Assembly: GCF_018336915.1 (NCBI RefSeq)
Contig: NZ_CP064923.1
Location: 2,184,209-2,208,208 of the forward strand
Direction: 5' to 3'
Source of the DNA: Acaryochloris marina S15
GTDB taxonomy: Bacteria > Cyanobacteriota > Cyanobacteriia > Thermosynechococcales > Thermosynechococcaceae
DNA: 24,000 nucleotides
Shown: positions 23,946-24,000 of the stretch, one piece after another
Layout: each line of letters begins with the position of its first letter
How positions within the stretch are numbered: the stretch's first letter is position 1
Translations under genes and position numbers: made by a program
Notes under the pieces: model-generated
Databases searched by the model: none
Told to the model about the DNA's origin: nothing
Seen by the model: only the letters and a program-made list of their open reading frames with translations

Positions 23946-24000
23946 TCATCAGACAATTTCCCTGAGCCATAGCTTACCGCCAGAGCAATTTGCCACCGCC
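23917..24000 (+). CDS. 5' end of an ORF overlapping the H-NOX 3' end (truncated by the window; likely signalling partner)
   Basis: ATG at 23917 with GGGAG 9 nt upstream. The frame is open for 28 codons to the window edge (MCSQSPTSHSHQTISLSHSLPPEQFATA...) and overlaps H-NOX by 29 nt. Confidence 0.35.
   Translation, partial: MCSQSPTSHSHQTISLSHSLPPEQFATA

Noticed and set aside
1-24000. Search for CRISPR arrays, IS elements or transposases, toxin-antitoxin pairs and known defence-system genes
   Set aside because: There are no regularly spaced direct repeats, no transposase, integrase or recombinase-like ORFs, no long terminal inverted repeats, and no nuclease or ATPase pairs typical of defence systems in any frame.

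Overview
The window looks like a cyanobacterial chromosomal core segment. The evidence is six copies of the HIP1 octamer GCGATCGC, a CyanoP/PsbP-like lipoprotein, an oxygen-dependent HemF and a long-form RibBA. I can support about 24-26 protein-coding genes (two cut by the window edges), one tRNA-Ala(CGC), a few intrinsic terminators and several candidate operator motifs. I see no transposase, integrase, CRISPR array, rRNA, prophage or recognisable defence island. Most genes are housekeeping: ribBA, argC, hemF, mtnP, infC, birA, pgeF. Seven loci go beyond routine annotation. (1) A secreted S8 subtilase is fused to a five-helix C-terminal membrane domain and is translationally coupled to a 74-aa protein. 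(2) pgeF forms a tightly coupled three-gene unit with an archaeal-type (CTP-dependent) riboflavin-kinase-like protein and a two-TM membrane protein. (3) ribBA appears to start at TTG, overlapped by the stop of a 10-codon upstream ORF that has a strong Shine-Dalgarno, and a repeat-rich divergent promoter is shared with argC. (4) An H-NOX haem sensor gene is overlapped by the start of the next ORF at the window edge. (5) A LysR/pirin divergent pair carries two T-N11-A dyads. (6) An orphan terminator-like hairpin sits in the infC/M48 intergenic region. (7) An 875-bp gene-poor gap lies between the GH13 and M23 genes. All novelty claims are hypotheses from reading the sequence; no database search or folding calculation was possible.
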